Positions 24,301 through 37,578 of a stretch of DNA of 64,000 nucleotides are shown one piece after another. The translations under genes and the position numbers were made by a program. The notes beneath the pieces are model-generated. The model was not told the DNA's origin, ran no database searches, and was given only the letters and a program-made list of their open reading frames with translations. The stretch comes from Octopus sinensis. Its lineage: Eukaryota. The DNA is taken from assembly GCF_006345805.1 (NCBI RefSeq), contig NC_043011.1, positions 60,958,464 through 61,022,463 on the forward strand, given 5' to 3'. Each line of letters opens with the position of its first letter. The stretch's first letter is position 1.

Positions 24301-24787
24301 ATATATATATATATATATAAAAATATATATACTATTCATATAAAATACATTGTACGTTTATGTGTTTAAATGTATACTGTATTTTATATAAATAATATAT
24401 AGTCTGTTGACTAGTTTTTCTTCTCGCTAGATCACTGGCAGCAAAGAATTTTTCTAAATTTTTGGGCTACCCTAAGATTTATTGATATATATATATGAGT
24501 AGTTGAATGAATTATCTTTTTAAGGATAATTCGAAAGATAACCGATACCTGGGTAGCAAATTCACATCAGAAAGAACACGGTTGAAGTTACGTCCCTAGG
24601 GCATAGACTACGTGCTTTCGTGCGGAAATTTGTCTGTTTATTTTAAATAGATCCTTCTAGATTCTTCTACATTCAACCACTCTGACGTCACTCCTTATAA
24701 ACAGACACTCATTATCGCCATGAGCTCCTTGAGAGCAGTCAGCTAAAAGCTTTTTGTGCATTTTGATGTCGACATAAGTTCGTTGCC

Positions 24788-24868
24788 TTTCTTGATGAGA
24801 AATCTGCATAATGTACTCCTTATTCCTTCGGAATTAGGAATATGCAGCCTTCGAAACATATGTCGAAA
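24788..24868 (+). ncRNA. Type I hammerhead ribozyme, C3U variant, long helix II
   Basis: UUUC-UUGAUGA-GAA-au-CUGCAUA..UCCU..AUUCC-uuc-GGAAU..AGGA..UAUGCAG-cc-UUC-GAAA-CAUAUG-UC-GAAA. Confidence 0.8.
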
Positions 24869-24917
24869 ATAAAGGATATTTGTTAACAAGTCGTTCAACT
24901 CCATTCTCTCATAAACT

Positions 24918-24970
<53 letters not shown>

Positions 24971-25062
24971 CATCAAACTATTACACCTGCTTGTTGTTTA
25001 TACACCTGTCTTCGTCTTTTGTTTTTCTATAAACTTCAACTATATATATATATATATATATA

Positions 25063-26082
25063 TCTTTATATATATAAAACTGAGAATGTGTGTCCGTCTG
25101 TCTGTCTGTCTGTGTGTTTCCCTAAAGCTGGAGAACTACACAACCAATTTCATTCAAATTTTACACATGCCTTACTTAGGGGCCATGTAGTTTCATGGGC
25201 AAAAACAATGTTCAACTTCTTGCCTAGAGCGAGCCCATAGCAATATCATTTCTTCTCCACTATTTCAGTATTACGTGTTAAAAGTGAAACAAAAATATTT
25301 CTTTATTTTATGTCAGATGCTTTCACTTTAACAATAAAAATAATAATAACAATTGAATTATATGTAGTAAGTAATAATTAAAATCAAACTAAAGTATAAT
25401 ATAAGTAAAAATAGCAATTGGTATAAAATTGCATCAATGATTTGAACTTGAATAAGTGGTTTCACATGAATGGGAATAAATTAAAAACAAAATTAGCGTG
25501 CAGATATGGAATAGTTCATATGGATAATAAAACATTAAATTAAAGAAAAGACTATTGTCTATAAAGTATACAATGTAGAGAAAAAAGAAGATTTGAACAC
25601 CTGGAGGAAAGCACCATCGAAAAGTGTCTTGGTGCGACTGTGAAAGTTATCTAATCAGAGGCGGTAAATTCGCTACAATAGAAGCAAGGTTCGAGTCAAC
25701 GGAGCGTGCAAGGGAGTACTCGACTCGCACTGGCAAAGTGGAAATATTTTATTTTTACCTTTATATCTGGGACGTAGGACGTCCCGGATAAAAATTAAAA
25801 ATGTCCCTCCCCCCAGAAGTTGAGGTAGGCTGGATTGTAGCCACACTTCTATTCAAGAGGGAGGACAAGATCCAATTGATCGAAATTGCAAGAGACTGGC
25901 TTACAATTCCAGTCTGTTATATATTTTGAGTATTGTTATCACTAGCGATATCAAGATATAACTTTGTATTTTATGTGTAGATGTATATATATAGATGTAC
26001 ATGTAACATGTACACATATATATATACACATATATACATGCACTAGCACTACGACCCGGCAACGACGGGTCTTTAATGCTAG
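25063..26082 (+). mobile_element. Non-autonomous Helitron
   Basis: 5' TC after A; 3' hairpin acccg-gcaacga-cgggt (26054-26070) then CTAG (26079-26082) followed by T. A second 5' piece lies at about 39030-39250. Confidence 0.8.
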
Positions 26083-26520
26083 TATATATATATCGCCAAA
26101 GGATATTTGGATCTACTTGTGATGCACGAGGATTTACCTTGGATGTGTCTTCTACTTACATTTACTGGTGTCTCATTGTTGAATATTGTTAAGCAAATTC
26201 TTTTAATAATACTCGGTGCTTTATTGATATTTGACAGTATATTTTAATCCCCTTTGTCTTCTAAGTATAAACACACACACACACACACACCACACACACA
26301 TATATACGTATATATATATGTATGTGTGCGTATATATATATATGTGTGTGTGTACGTATGAGTGTATGTATGTATACCAAAAAAAATGCCTCTAGAGCAG
26401 TGGCCCAGCAACAAAATTTGCTAAGGGAGTGCAAACCCAGGCCCTAATTTTTTAAATGAAAAATGTGGATTTTTCCAATGTTAACATTAAAACAAATGCA
26501 AGTATAATAATTTTTATTAT

Positions 26521-26830
26521 TATGAGGGTCGGCTGAAATGTTCATAATCTGAGCAAGACACTCTCAATGGAATGTGACCAAATGAAGTTCATTTTCTAAC
26601 ATAGTTCCTCTTACTGTCCACACACTTCCATTAGTAGTTGCAGTGCTTGGGTCGCACTGGTGAAGAAGCTTTTCTGTTGATCAAAATTGTCATCAACAAC
26701 AGATAAGATGTTCTCATCATAGTGATACTGGTGCTCAGCTGAGTGTTTTTCTATGTTGGGAAACATATGCTAACCAGAAGGAACCAAATCACTAACATAG
26801 GGAACATAATCAGCCACTTACATACAGCAG
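26521..26830 (+). mobile_element. Tc1/mariner-like remnant
   Basis: tatgagggtcggctgaaatgttcata end and attttctaacatagttcctcttactgtccacacacttc resemble mariner termini; no transposase ORF. Confidence 0.55.
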
Positions 26831-27314
26831 CCATTGAAACCAAGGACTTGTGTGCTGAAGCATTGTCCTAATGAAACAAGACCCCATTCATCAGTTTTTC
26901 TGGGTGTTTGGTCTTCATTGACTTTCATAACTGCCTTAGGAAGTTGGTATTGAAATTTTCCATTGATGGTGTGATCATTTTGAAGATATCCAATAAACAC
27001 AATATTTTTTGCATTAATGCATAGTATATATAATAATGTGAAGTATATTTTGCATATTAAAATGTTTAATTTTGGAAATGTATCAAGCAGAGCTAAAATA
27101 AGCAGTAAAAATACAAATTGCAAGTATTTCAAAATGTGGGACACTACATGACAAAACTAACAAAAAAGAAAAGGAAGAAAATAGTGGTGTTTGTGTTACA
27201 ATGGTACAATGAGAAGGCTCAGGAGAAGGATAGAGAGATGGGGTAGAAGGAAGAAACTTAGAAGGAAAAATGAATGAAAAGTGAAAAGATAAATTGGGCA
27301 TCTGAAATGAGTAC

Positions 27315-27525
27315 GAGGCAGGAAATTAGCCCCTGTGCCGGTGGCATGTAAAAACAGCACCCACTACAGTCTCAGAGTGGTTGGCGTTAGGAAGGGCATC
27401 CAGCTGTAGAAACACTGCCAAATCAGACTGGAGCCTGGTGCAGCCTCCTGGCTTACCATGCACCAGTCGAACCATTCAACCTAGCATGGAAAATAGACAT
27501 GGAAAATAGACATTAAACGATGATG
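27315..27525 (+). mobile_element. SINE-like repeat
   Basis: Contains ggttggcgttaggaagggcatccagctgtagaaac, a block I recognise from invertebrate and fish SINEs, and ends in taaacgatgatg. Confidence 0.6.
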
Positions 27526-27809
27526 TCTTACCTATGCACTGGTCAAGTAGAAAAACGATGAGTGACAAAAGATTGGATTGTCTTTTGGTACAAAGTGAAG
27601 AAAGAGAGTAGAGAAGGTTAGAGAAGAGCAAGTAGGAAGAAAGAGAGAGTGCGGAGAAATAAGGGAATAAAGATAGACAGTAGGTAGTTGACAGAGATGG
27701 ACAGAGGAAGAAATTGAAGGCAGCGAAGAGAGAAAAGCAGCAGATAGGTAGAGAGGTAGATAGAGGGGAAAGGAAAAGGACAGAGAAATAGATAGAAAAG
27801 AGAGACAGT

Positions 27810-28800
27810 CTTGCACCAAATATTGGACACTGCGTAGGGTACCACTGAGTGGGAACATAAGTGAGTGTGTGACATTACACTGACTAACAGACCTAAACTA
27901 CTGCACATAAAGTCAACAAACACACATATATAATGATAAAGGAAATTGTTGTATACAGTGCTCAGGTGCACTACAACTAAAAAGAAAAAATGGCCATCTG
28001 GTGTACTGTTGGTGGATTTCAGGACACATGGAAGTTTTGAAGGATGTAGTGTCTTGACAGCTAACAACTTAAGCAGGTGGTTTATTCCATGCTTCTGCAA
28101 TTCTGAGCATGAAAAATTGTTTCCGAAAGTCTTGGGTGCTGTGTTGTGTTTTGATTTTATAAGCATGTCCGTGAGTGTTTGTCATATGGAATTAAAAAAA
28201 GGTACCCAAGGTTGTTGTTGGAAATATGGTGGATAATCTTGTGGGTGTCAATCGAGTCAGTTGCCAGACGTCTGGGCTTCAATGTATCCATGCCCAGGAA
28301 TGCAAGACGTTCAGAGTATGGTAGATGTCTGACGGTGGGTATTTGCTTTGTTGCACATTTCTGAACAGTTTCCAGGAGATTTATATGCTGAGAAAGAGAG
28401 AGGTTCCAGACTGGCGATGCAAATTCCAAGTGTGGACATACTATTGTTGTATTCAATTTTAAATAGATAACTGGAGAGTGGCTGACAAAGGTCTGACTGA
28501 GTGATACTAGCACCACCTCAGACTTTTTGACAACCTTAGGTATGTGGTTTGTCCAAGGCAGATTGTTGTTACAATAATACGCAGAACATGTCCACCAGAA
28601 AATTTCTTGAGATTGGTGTTGCTGAGAGATTATGTAAAAGCTGGATTTTTCCTCCCAAAATGCATGGTGACAGACTTGTCTACAGATAGCTTGAGATGTT
28701 AGCCAGAGGTCCACTGCTGCAGTGTATCCATATACGATTGCAAGATCGTATATGTTCTTTTTAATTCATGGTACAGCTTGGTATCATCTGCATATTTCAA
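27810..28800 (-). mobile_element. Decayed CR1-clade RT C-terminal fragment
   Basis: YADDTKLY near 28790, CPHLEFASPVWN, LETVQKCATK, YSERLAFLG and FFMLRIAEAWNK. Confidence 0.88.
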
Positions 28801-28805
28801 AACTA

Positions 28806-30100
28806 AACTTTCAAGGAAGTTTTCGACGAAACATCCAGAAATTAAAAAAAATCCTCGGAACTTCTAGTAAGTTTGAGATCAAACTTCCCGGAAGTTAGAA
28901 AATCCTCGGAACTTCCGAGGAAGTTTGAGACCAAACTTCAAGGAAGTAAGAAAATCCTCGGAACTTTCCAGGAAGTTTTCGACGAAAGTCCATGGAAGTT
29001 GGAAAGGCCTCGGAATATCCAAGGAAGTTTTCGATAAAACTTCCCGGATGTTAGAAAACCTCGGAACTTCCCAGGAATTTTAGACGAAATTTCCAGGAAG
29101 CTGTAAAATCATCGGAACTTCCCAGGAAGTTTTCGACGAAGTTTACCGGAATTTGGGAAATCCTCGAAACTTCCCAGGAAGTTTTCGACGAAACTTCCAG
29201 GAATTGGAAAATCCCTGGAACTTCCAAGGAGGTTTTCGACGAAACTTCCCGAAAGTTAAAAAAGCATCGGAACTTCCCAGGAAGATTTCGACGAAACTTC
29301 CCGAAAGTTGATAAAATCTCCGGAATTCCCAGGAAGTTTTCCAAGAAACTCCCCGAAAGTTGGAACTTCCCGGAAAATTTTCGACGAAATTCCTCTGATT
29401 ATGGAAAATCCTCGGAACATCCCAGGAAGTTTTCGACCAAACTTCCCTAGAGGTTTTTAAATCCTAGGAAACTCCCAGGAAGTTTCGACGAAACTTCCAG
29501 GAAGTTAGAAGGTCCTCGGAACTTCCCTGGAAGTTTCGACGAAACTTCCATGCAGTTAGAAAATCTCGGAAATTTGCCCATGAAATTGCCAAGAAACTGC
29601 CCATGAAATTTTCGACCAAACTTCCCGAAAGTTAGAAAATAATCGGAAATTTGCAGGAAATTTTCGACGAAACTTCCAGGAAGTTACAAAATCCGAGGAA
29701 GTTTGAGACCAAACGTCCCGGAAGTTAGAAAACCCTCGGAACTGCCTAGGAAGTTTTCGACGAAAATTCCAGGAAGTCAGAAAATCCTCGGAACCGCCCA
29801 TGAAATTCTCGACCAAACTTCCCGAAAGTTAGAAAATCTCGGAACTGCCCATGAAATTTTTGACCAAACTTCCCGAAAGTTAGAAAATTGTCGGAAATTT
29901 GCAGGAAGTTTTCGACGAAACTTCAAGAGAGTTAGAAAACCCTCGGAACTTCCCAGGATATTTTCGACGAAACTGCCAGGAAGTGGGAAAATCCTCGGAT
30001 CTTCCCACGAAGTTTTCGACGAAACTACCAGGATGTTAGAATATCATCGGACCGTCCCAGGAAGTTTTGGACCATATTTCTCGAATGTTAGAAAATTTAA
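28806..30100. repeat. About 25-copy, 52-bp palindromic minisatellite
   Basis: Consensus GGAAGTTTTCGACGAAACTTCC-AGGAAGTTAGAAAATCCTCGGAACTTCCCA. The anchor recurs about every 52 nt (29127, 29179, 29231, 29281). Confidence 0.92.
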
Positions 30101-30129
30101 CTGAATGTATTTTACCAGTGAACATTCCT

Positions 30130-31080
30130 TGTAACCTTTCAATTTCTTCTATGAGACCGGATGAATAAGAATATTAAATTTTAAGCAGTAATTTATACTG
30201 CTCAGATCTTGGGTTCTCCCTAAAAATATAACTACCGGTTTCCTTGTCATGAATGTTAGTAGGATGCAGCCTATGAGTTTGCTGATGGAAAATGCATCAT
30301 TTGACATGATTACACCTAAGTCCTGTATGTCATTAGTGCTCTGAATCATTATGTACCTTGTGTCAAATATTGCGATTTGGGTGAATTCGTTTGTAATGAA
30401 GAAGCTGAAACTTTGATTTACTAATTTTCGTATTTTTTCTGGTTTAGATCCTAGCCTTCGATATTCTTGTGTAAGTCAATCCCTGATGTATTACAGGTAA
30501 CTTAGAGAGAAATCCATTTGCAGTAATAGGTTGACTCCTACCATATAGAGAGTTAAAGAACCATTCTCCGACTTTTCCTGTGATACCAAGATTTCCTAAA
30601 TTATGACAGATGATTCCATTGTCAAACGCCTTAACAATATCAAGATTTTAACAGTCAATGATCTTTCCCCTTAAAAGATTATTAGAGGTAGTGTTATGAT
30701 GCTGGAAGAATTGTGACAGGCAACTTCTTTCAGTCATCTAAGTTGTTTTCCTCCAGGTATGTTATTACTTTTTGTCTTCGGACAAGGCATTGGATAATTT
30801 TAGACGTGTAAGACGTGAGGGAAACAGGTCTGTAATTGTTAGCTTCAGCACAGTTACCTCCTTTGTACCTATATATGTTTTATTATAGCTTCTTTCAATA
30901 GTCTCGGGAATATGGCGGTATCTGGCGACTTTCGAAACACTACCTTTAATGATTTCATGGGGTGGTTTTTGCACGTTTTTTAGCAATATAACTGGAATAC
31001 TATTTACTGTCTTAACTAACCGAAACTTCGACGTTACTCTGCATGTGTAATCGAATGCATGTATACAAATCGGCGAGGAA
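30130..31080 (-). mobile_element. Decayed CR1-clade RT fragment
   Basis: Minus frames give YKGGNCAEANNYRPVSLTS, ITYLEEN, DIVKAFD..LGNLGITGKVGEW and IQDLGVIMSND. Confidence 0.8.
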
Positions 31081-31123
31081 TGACAGATAAAAATTGGTAC
31101 GTCGAACGAATAATACAAAGCTA

Positions 31124-31185
<62 letters not shown>

Positions 31186-32773
31186 ACACACACATACATA
31201 CATTTATATATATGTGTTTGTGTATGTGTGTATAATATATTTTATATTTTATCTTTTACTTGTTTTAGTCTTTAGACTGCAGCCAGGCTGGAGCACCGCC
31301 TTGAAGGATTGGTAGCCGAATAAATCGATCCGTGTACTTTTTATTAAAAACGTCTACTACTGACTCTGTGTCTTTTGCCGAATCGCCAAGTTACTTGGAC
31401 GCAAACAAACCAGCACTGTCTGTCACGTGGCGGTAGGGGACAAACACAAAGGCCAGCACACACACTCACGCGCGCACACAAACGTTGCGCTTCTTTCAGT
31501 TTCCGTCTAGCAAACAAACAGCTGCATAATTAAATACATATGTTCTCGGAGAACTACGCTGTGTTGAAACAACTGTAGCGAATAATAAACAAATGTCCAA
31601 CCGTAGTTCCTGACTAGAATTTCTTCAATTATATAAATAAATAAATATATATAATTTTGTGTGTGCATTTGTGTATTTTAAATTGATCTGGTGGGTTACT
31701 CTGTTCGTTTGCATAGTACAAATTTATTATTCTTAAACAAGAATTATTGACAGTGATTTCTATATTTTCGCTAACTAAGCCGTCGTCTGGAACTATACAA
31801 GTCGGTGCCCCATCATGGCCGCAGTCTAATGATTGACCAAATCTAAACGATAAAATATAAAATGTATTTACCGATATAGAAACATCGTTGTTGTTAGTGC
31901 TTAGTCAGAGCTAGCCTTTATACACGTAAACCTATCATTTAAAGCGTATCAGACACAACTTCTAAGTATTTGAAGACAGATCTGGAATTAGAACGTTCTC
32001 GTTGTGGTCTTTCCTTATCTAAAAAGAAGGATAAAACTCGAAAATGGCTACGCAGCTGCATTTTTTTTTTGTGGGTCGTTAATTTTTGTTTTATACAGAA
32101 TTCAGCTCTGCACAGCAGCGGGTTAAAAGTATTTCTATTAACCCTGGACATAATACTTAGAGTATGACGAACCATGAAACAAAACACTGCATTAGTTAAA
32201 TCATAATATCAATAATAATGAGGTTTTTCTTGCTTTTTTATTTTTATAACAGTCCTTTGGTAAATAATTTACAGTATATAACCGTCACGCAGCAAATGTA
32301 GGATATAATAACAATATAAACAGACTGAAGACAGTCACGCAATCACACGGATACAAATGATAGTTGGAAATACTTCTCAGGTGAAAGGAAAAAAAAACAG
32401 GATATTTTATGGATATAAATATTTGAGATAATACGTGTTGTCACACTCGATGAATGTCATGGTAAACAATCACGCATGAATAAAATATGATCAGTCGCCA
32501 TTTATATTCCGTATTCTTCACCGTCGTAATTGGTGCCAATTACCAAAAGATGATTAATCACTCGTTATTTCTTTTCGAGTCTTCACAGGAAACGTGCGAA
32601 AGATTATCATCATTTGAAAGCTGTCCGTGCAATTCCCATCTTTAACGCTACGCAAATCACATTCACTAACACGCACGCACGCACCCCCACACACTCACAC
32701 ACACACACACATACACACACGTACGTACACACTCACATACACTCATATATTTATGTCTCTCTCTCTCCCCCCC

Positions 32774-32809
<36 letters not shown>

Positions 32810-32812
<3 letters not shown>

Positions 32813-32948
32813 GTTATGTGTGTGTGTATGTGTATATATATTTGTATATGCATATATACACGCATGCATGAATATATATATATAGATATATACATATATG
32901 TATATATGCATTTATACACATATACACATATATGTATATATGCATGTG

Positions 32949-32980
<32 letters not shown>

Positions 32981-33382
32981 CACACGCACTCACACACAAA
33001 CACACAAACACACGTACACACTCAAACACACACACATACACACGGCTCATAAACAGGCGCATTCACTCATATATTTATGTGTGTGTGTGTGTATATATAT
33101 ATATATTGTTATGTGTATATATATATATATATATTTATTTGTATATGTATATATACACACGTGCATGAATATATATATATATATATATATATAGATATAT
33201 ACATATATGTATATATGCATGTGTATATATATTATATATATATAGTTATGTGTGTGTGTATGTGTATATATATTTGTATATGCATATATACACGCATGCA
33301 TGAATATATATATATATAGATATATACATATATGTATATATGCATTTATACACATATACACATATATGTATATATGCATGTG

Positions 33383-33414
<32 letters not shown>

Positions 33415-33632
33415 CACACGCACTCACACACAAACACACAAACACACGTACACACTCAAACACACACACATACACACGGCTCATAAACAGGCGCATTCAC
33501 TCATATATTTATGTGTGTGTGTGTATATATATATATATTGTTATGTGTATATATATATATATATTTATTTGTATATGTATATATACACACGTGCATGAAT
33601 ATATATAGATATATACATATATGTATATATGC

Positions 33633-33670
<38 letters not shown>
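32810..33670. repeat. About 435-bp tandem duplication of compound microsatellite
   Basis: The unique anchor cacggctcataaacaggcgcattcactc occurs at about 33041 and 33476. Confidence 0.85.
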
Positions 33671-33679
<9 letters not shown>

Positions 33680-34199
33680 TATGTGTATGTATGTATGTAT
33701 GTATGTATGTACACATACACACACGCACTCACACACAAACAAAAACACACAAAAACACACGCACACAGAGACACAGACACGCACAGATATATAATATATT
33801 GCGTGTTTTATGATTTAGTCCGAAGAAAGAAAGAAGTGTTTTTCTCAGTCTTAAAACCTCGCTCTAAAGTTTGCAACAGATTCAATTCCGTTAAATGCGT
33901 TCAGGAAATCGATTATGGTATTACATTGGGTGATTTATCGGTTTCAAAGTTTGGCACAAGGCCAGAAGTTCTATAGGAGAGGATAAGTGGATTACATCGA
34001 CCTTAGTTTTTGAACTGGTCCTTAATTTATCAATCTCGAAAGAATAAAAGGCTTTGTCGACCCCGGTAGCATTTGAACTCGGATCGTAAGGCCGGAATGT
34101 AAAGTCGGAAGAAAGGCTGCAAAGCATTTTGTCCAGTACGCTAAAGATTTCTACTAGTTCACTGCGTTTCATTGCAGGATTTCTTAACTATAACCATAA

Positions 34200-34450
34200 G
34201 ACTGTGAGAGAGCTGGTAGAAATATGAAAGGCAGAAACGTTAGCACGCCGGGAAAAATGCCTAACGGTATTTCATCTGTTTTTACGTTCTGAGTTCAAAT
34301 TCCGCCGAGGTCGACATTGCTTTTTATACTTTCGGGGTCGATAAATTAAGTACCAGTTACGCACTGGGGTCGATGTAATCGACTTAATCCCTTTGTCCTT
34401 GTTTGTCCCTTCTGTGTGTAGCCCCTTGTGAGTAGTAAAGAAATAAGGAA
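34200..34450 (+). mobile_element. SINE family B, near complete
   Basis: gagctggtagaa..ggcagaaacgttagcacgccgg..gagttcaaattccgccgaggtcgac..gccccttgtgagtagtaaagaaata. Confidence 0.85.
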
Positions 34451-35319
34451 CATTAAAGGGTTGGATGAAATTCCTATCGGTTTTTCTTCGAGTTTGAGTT
34501 CATATCTTACCAAAATCTATTTTTCTGCTCATCCTTTTGTGGCCGGTAAAACAAAACATCAGTTAAATGCTGGATATCGCTATACCCAATTATCTCTCTC
34601 CTCTGGAATTTACTTTGTCTGTCCCTAAATTGAAAATAGTTATATATTGGTATATCAAAGCTAACCGTCACATATGAGTGAATGTGGCTTGGTTACACGT
34701 AATACCTTTTCACTAATTAATTTAAGTGCTTGTAGAAATGCGGGCACACAAATATATGCTATCAAGACTCTTTATCGTTGATACAACGAAATTTCTACAA
34801 GAAAGCTGAAGATAAGGGTAACCTGGAATAATGCTCGAAACGTACTCATTACCGCAATTTAGAAAGGAGCAAAGAGACGAGGCATGAAATGCTTTGTTCA
34901 ATGATATTAACTGCATCACTCGATAACAGGTACAATCCGGCAAGATTCCACACAGCTTCTCTTTAGGGGCTTAAGCTCAAGATGGTACCAGACGTAATCG
35001 AATTCAAAACTACTTGATTCCAAAGTGAACTTATTAAGTATACGACTAAAACTGAGCATCGGAACAGATTTGAAAGAAACTTTTCCCATAAAAATAAGGT
35101 TTCCCAACATTTGCCTTCGTCATCGTTTTATCTTCACAGTTTAAAATAATAATTTTTTTATTTGCAATTTACGTTGTTAATTCAGAGCCGAATATATAAC
35201 AGTATGATAATCCTGGATTAATCTTCACTTTGTTGGTTCCAGTCCTAATCTTAATCCTTATCTAACACCTGCTTCAAAATGCTGTGTTCTAAATTTGTTG
35301 CAGAAATATGTTTCCATTT

Positions 35320-35808
35320 CAGTGTTTCTCCACCATTTTTATTTGTGGACCCTTTCGCTGTTTAAAATACCCTATTATCCATGAAATAATCTGCTTCTTC
35401 GTTTGCCAGTTATACTTTAGTGAGTTAGAGAGGAGGAGGTGGAGTGAGTGAGACGTGGAGTAAAAGTGTGTGGTTGTGTGTGTGTATGAGAGAGAGAGAG
35501 AGAGGGAGAGAAAGAGAGAGGGGGAGGGGAGGAGTATGAGTAGAGAAGAAAAAAGGAGCAAGTAGAAAAAGAAGTATAAGAAGGCTAAAATGTATCACGT
35601 GGTTAGTTGAAGGGAGAGGTGAAGAGCAAAAGAAAGAGACAGTGAGAGAAAAGAGGGTGAGAGAAGTGTTGATGGTATGCCGTAAGTTGGGAGAGGGAAA
35701 GGTAAAAAGAAGAGATATGTTTAGGATACAAAATTTAGCAGAGGGTAATTTCTGGTAGTGAGATTAAAGAAAGGTAGTTAAAGAGAGATGAGCAGGGCAG
35801 GCAGTTAC

Positions 35809-35859
<51 letters not shown>

Positions 35860-36326
35860 AGGGAGGGTGAAAGAGATGGTGAGAGAGAGAGAGAGAGTTT
35901 GTGGAAGTGAGAGGTGAAGAGAAAAAGAGAAATGATAAAGACATGTAAACGGGAATTACATTGTTAAAAAGTTTGTTGAAGAGGTAGAGAGAAAGAGAAA
36001 TATAAAGTGTTTAACAGAGGAAAATTTTAAAATCATATTTTATCGTGACTGGAAGTCAAATACTTAGCAAAATAAAAATAAAAATAAAAATGCAAAAATC
36101 ATCCTTTCTTTCTTAAATAACTTCTCTTAATATTTTCCGTTCTGTGGAATTTCCACGGGTCTCTCAAGTATGTTTATAATTCAATATTGTTAAGAATTGT
36201 ATCAGGAAAATTGTTGAAATATTTTGTGTATTCATAAGTAAAACCGATTTATTGCTGATTAATTTTAATAATAAAATCTTCTGTGGACCCCGCAAGGGCC
36301 ATGTAGACCTCAGTTGAAAACCACTG
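35320..36326. mobile_element. Old hAT/Charlie-like non-autonomous remnant
   Basis: Ends cagtgtttctccac and gttgaaaaccactg are imperfect inverted repeats with subterminal gtggaccc; no 8-bp TSD retained. Confidence 0.45.
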
Positions 36327-37432
36327 TTTTGTAGACTCTCGAAATACTAGAAATTACAGACAACCAAGCTACTCTCTATTCAGGAGGACATGTTTCTTTC
36401 ATGACACTCCTAATCCTTTCACAGCCATTTTATGGACACAAGAAAGGGAGATAGGAATATTCCTTTTAAGCACATCCTGGATGCGAATGAAATTACAATC
36501 GATCGCTAAAAGAAACTTTGTTTTTTTTTTCTCCTTCCAGGATCGATAAAATGAATTACCAGTCAAGTTGTGGGATCGATTTGATGCTCCTTTAAAGCAA
36601 TCATCCTAGATGTGAATAGAATTATTACAGAGTAATTTAATTTTCAGCTTTGTTTAATCAGACGAGTTGATGTACAAAACAAACGGACAATGGTGTAATA
36701 TCAGTTTACAGTCATCTCAAACAATGCTGTTCTAGAACACATCCGGAATAACAGCTCAACTAACAACCTGGCCAAAACGCAATAAGCTTTTAATGGCAAC
36801 AATAATCTTAACAACTGCAACAACATCAACGAGAACAATGACAGGAGAATATATGAGAGAGCATCTAGAGGAGTGTGTATAGTTCTTTTTTTATTTGTTT
36901 CAACCAATGCACTGCAGCTGGGGCGCAGTTTTGGAGCGTTTAGGGGAATAGATTGCCTGTAGCCAGGTACTTATTCTATCGGTCTCTATAGTCGCACCGA
37001 TAGCTTACGGGGACAAAAACAGGAGTACAACACAAACACAAAGGCACGCATGCGCACAAGACAGGCTTCCGTGCAGTTTCTATCTGCCAAATTTACTCAC
37101 AAGCCTTTAGTCGGACCCAGGCAATAGTAGACAGTGCTTGCTCAAAGTACTGCTTAGTAGGCTTGGACCCACGACCACGTGATTTCAAATCGGTCTCCTA
37201 AAACATATGGAAGCATACTAACACCACCATTATCAGACTCTACTCTTACGTAATCAAAAATCATGTAAATGAGCTTAAGATAAATGTAAACAATTTGATT
37301 GGGTCATTCTTTTATTCTTTTACCTATTTTATCTGTCTCTTTTGCTGAAAACCTAAGTTATGGGGACGTAAACATAGCAACATCGGTTGTCAAGCAATGG
37401 TTAAGGGACAAACACAGACACACACAGAGAAA

Positions 37433-37472
<40 letters not shown>

Positions 37473-37486
37473 CATACATACATACA

Positions 37487-37537
<51 letters not shown>

Positions 37538-37546
37538 TACATATAT

Positions 37547-37578
<32 letters not shown>

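Noticed and set aside
28806-30100. CRISPR-like appearance and read-through ORFs in the array
   Set aside because: No unique spacers, no cas genes, eukaryotic context; the 52-bp unit is not a multiple of 3.
34803-34850. CUGAAGA...GCUC-GAAA-CG-UA
   Set aside because: Helix II does not pair and helix I has only 2 bp.
36640-36860. Asn-rich stretch after an AG acceptor-like site
   Set aside because: Stops in all plus frames within a short distance; no homology recognised.
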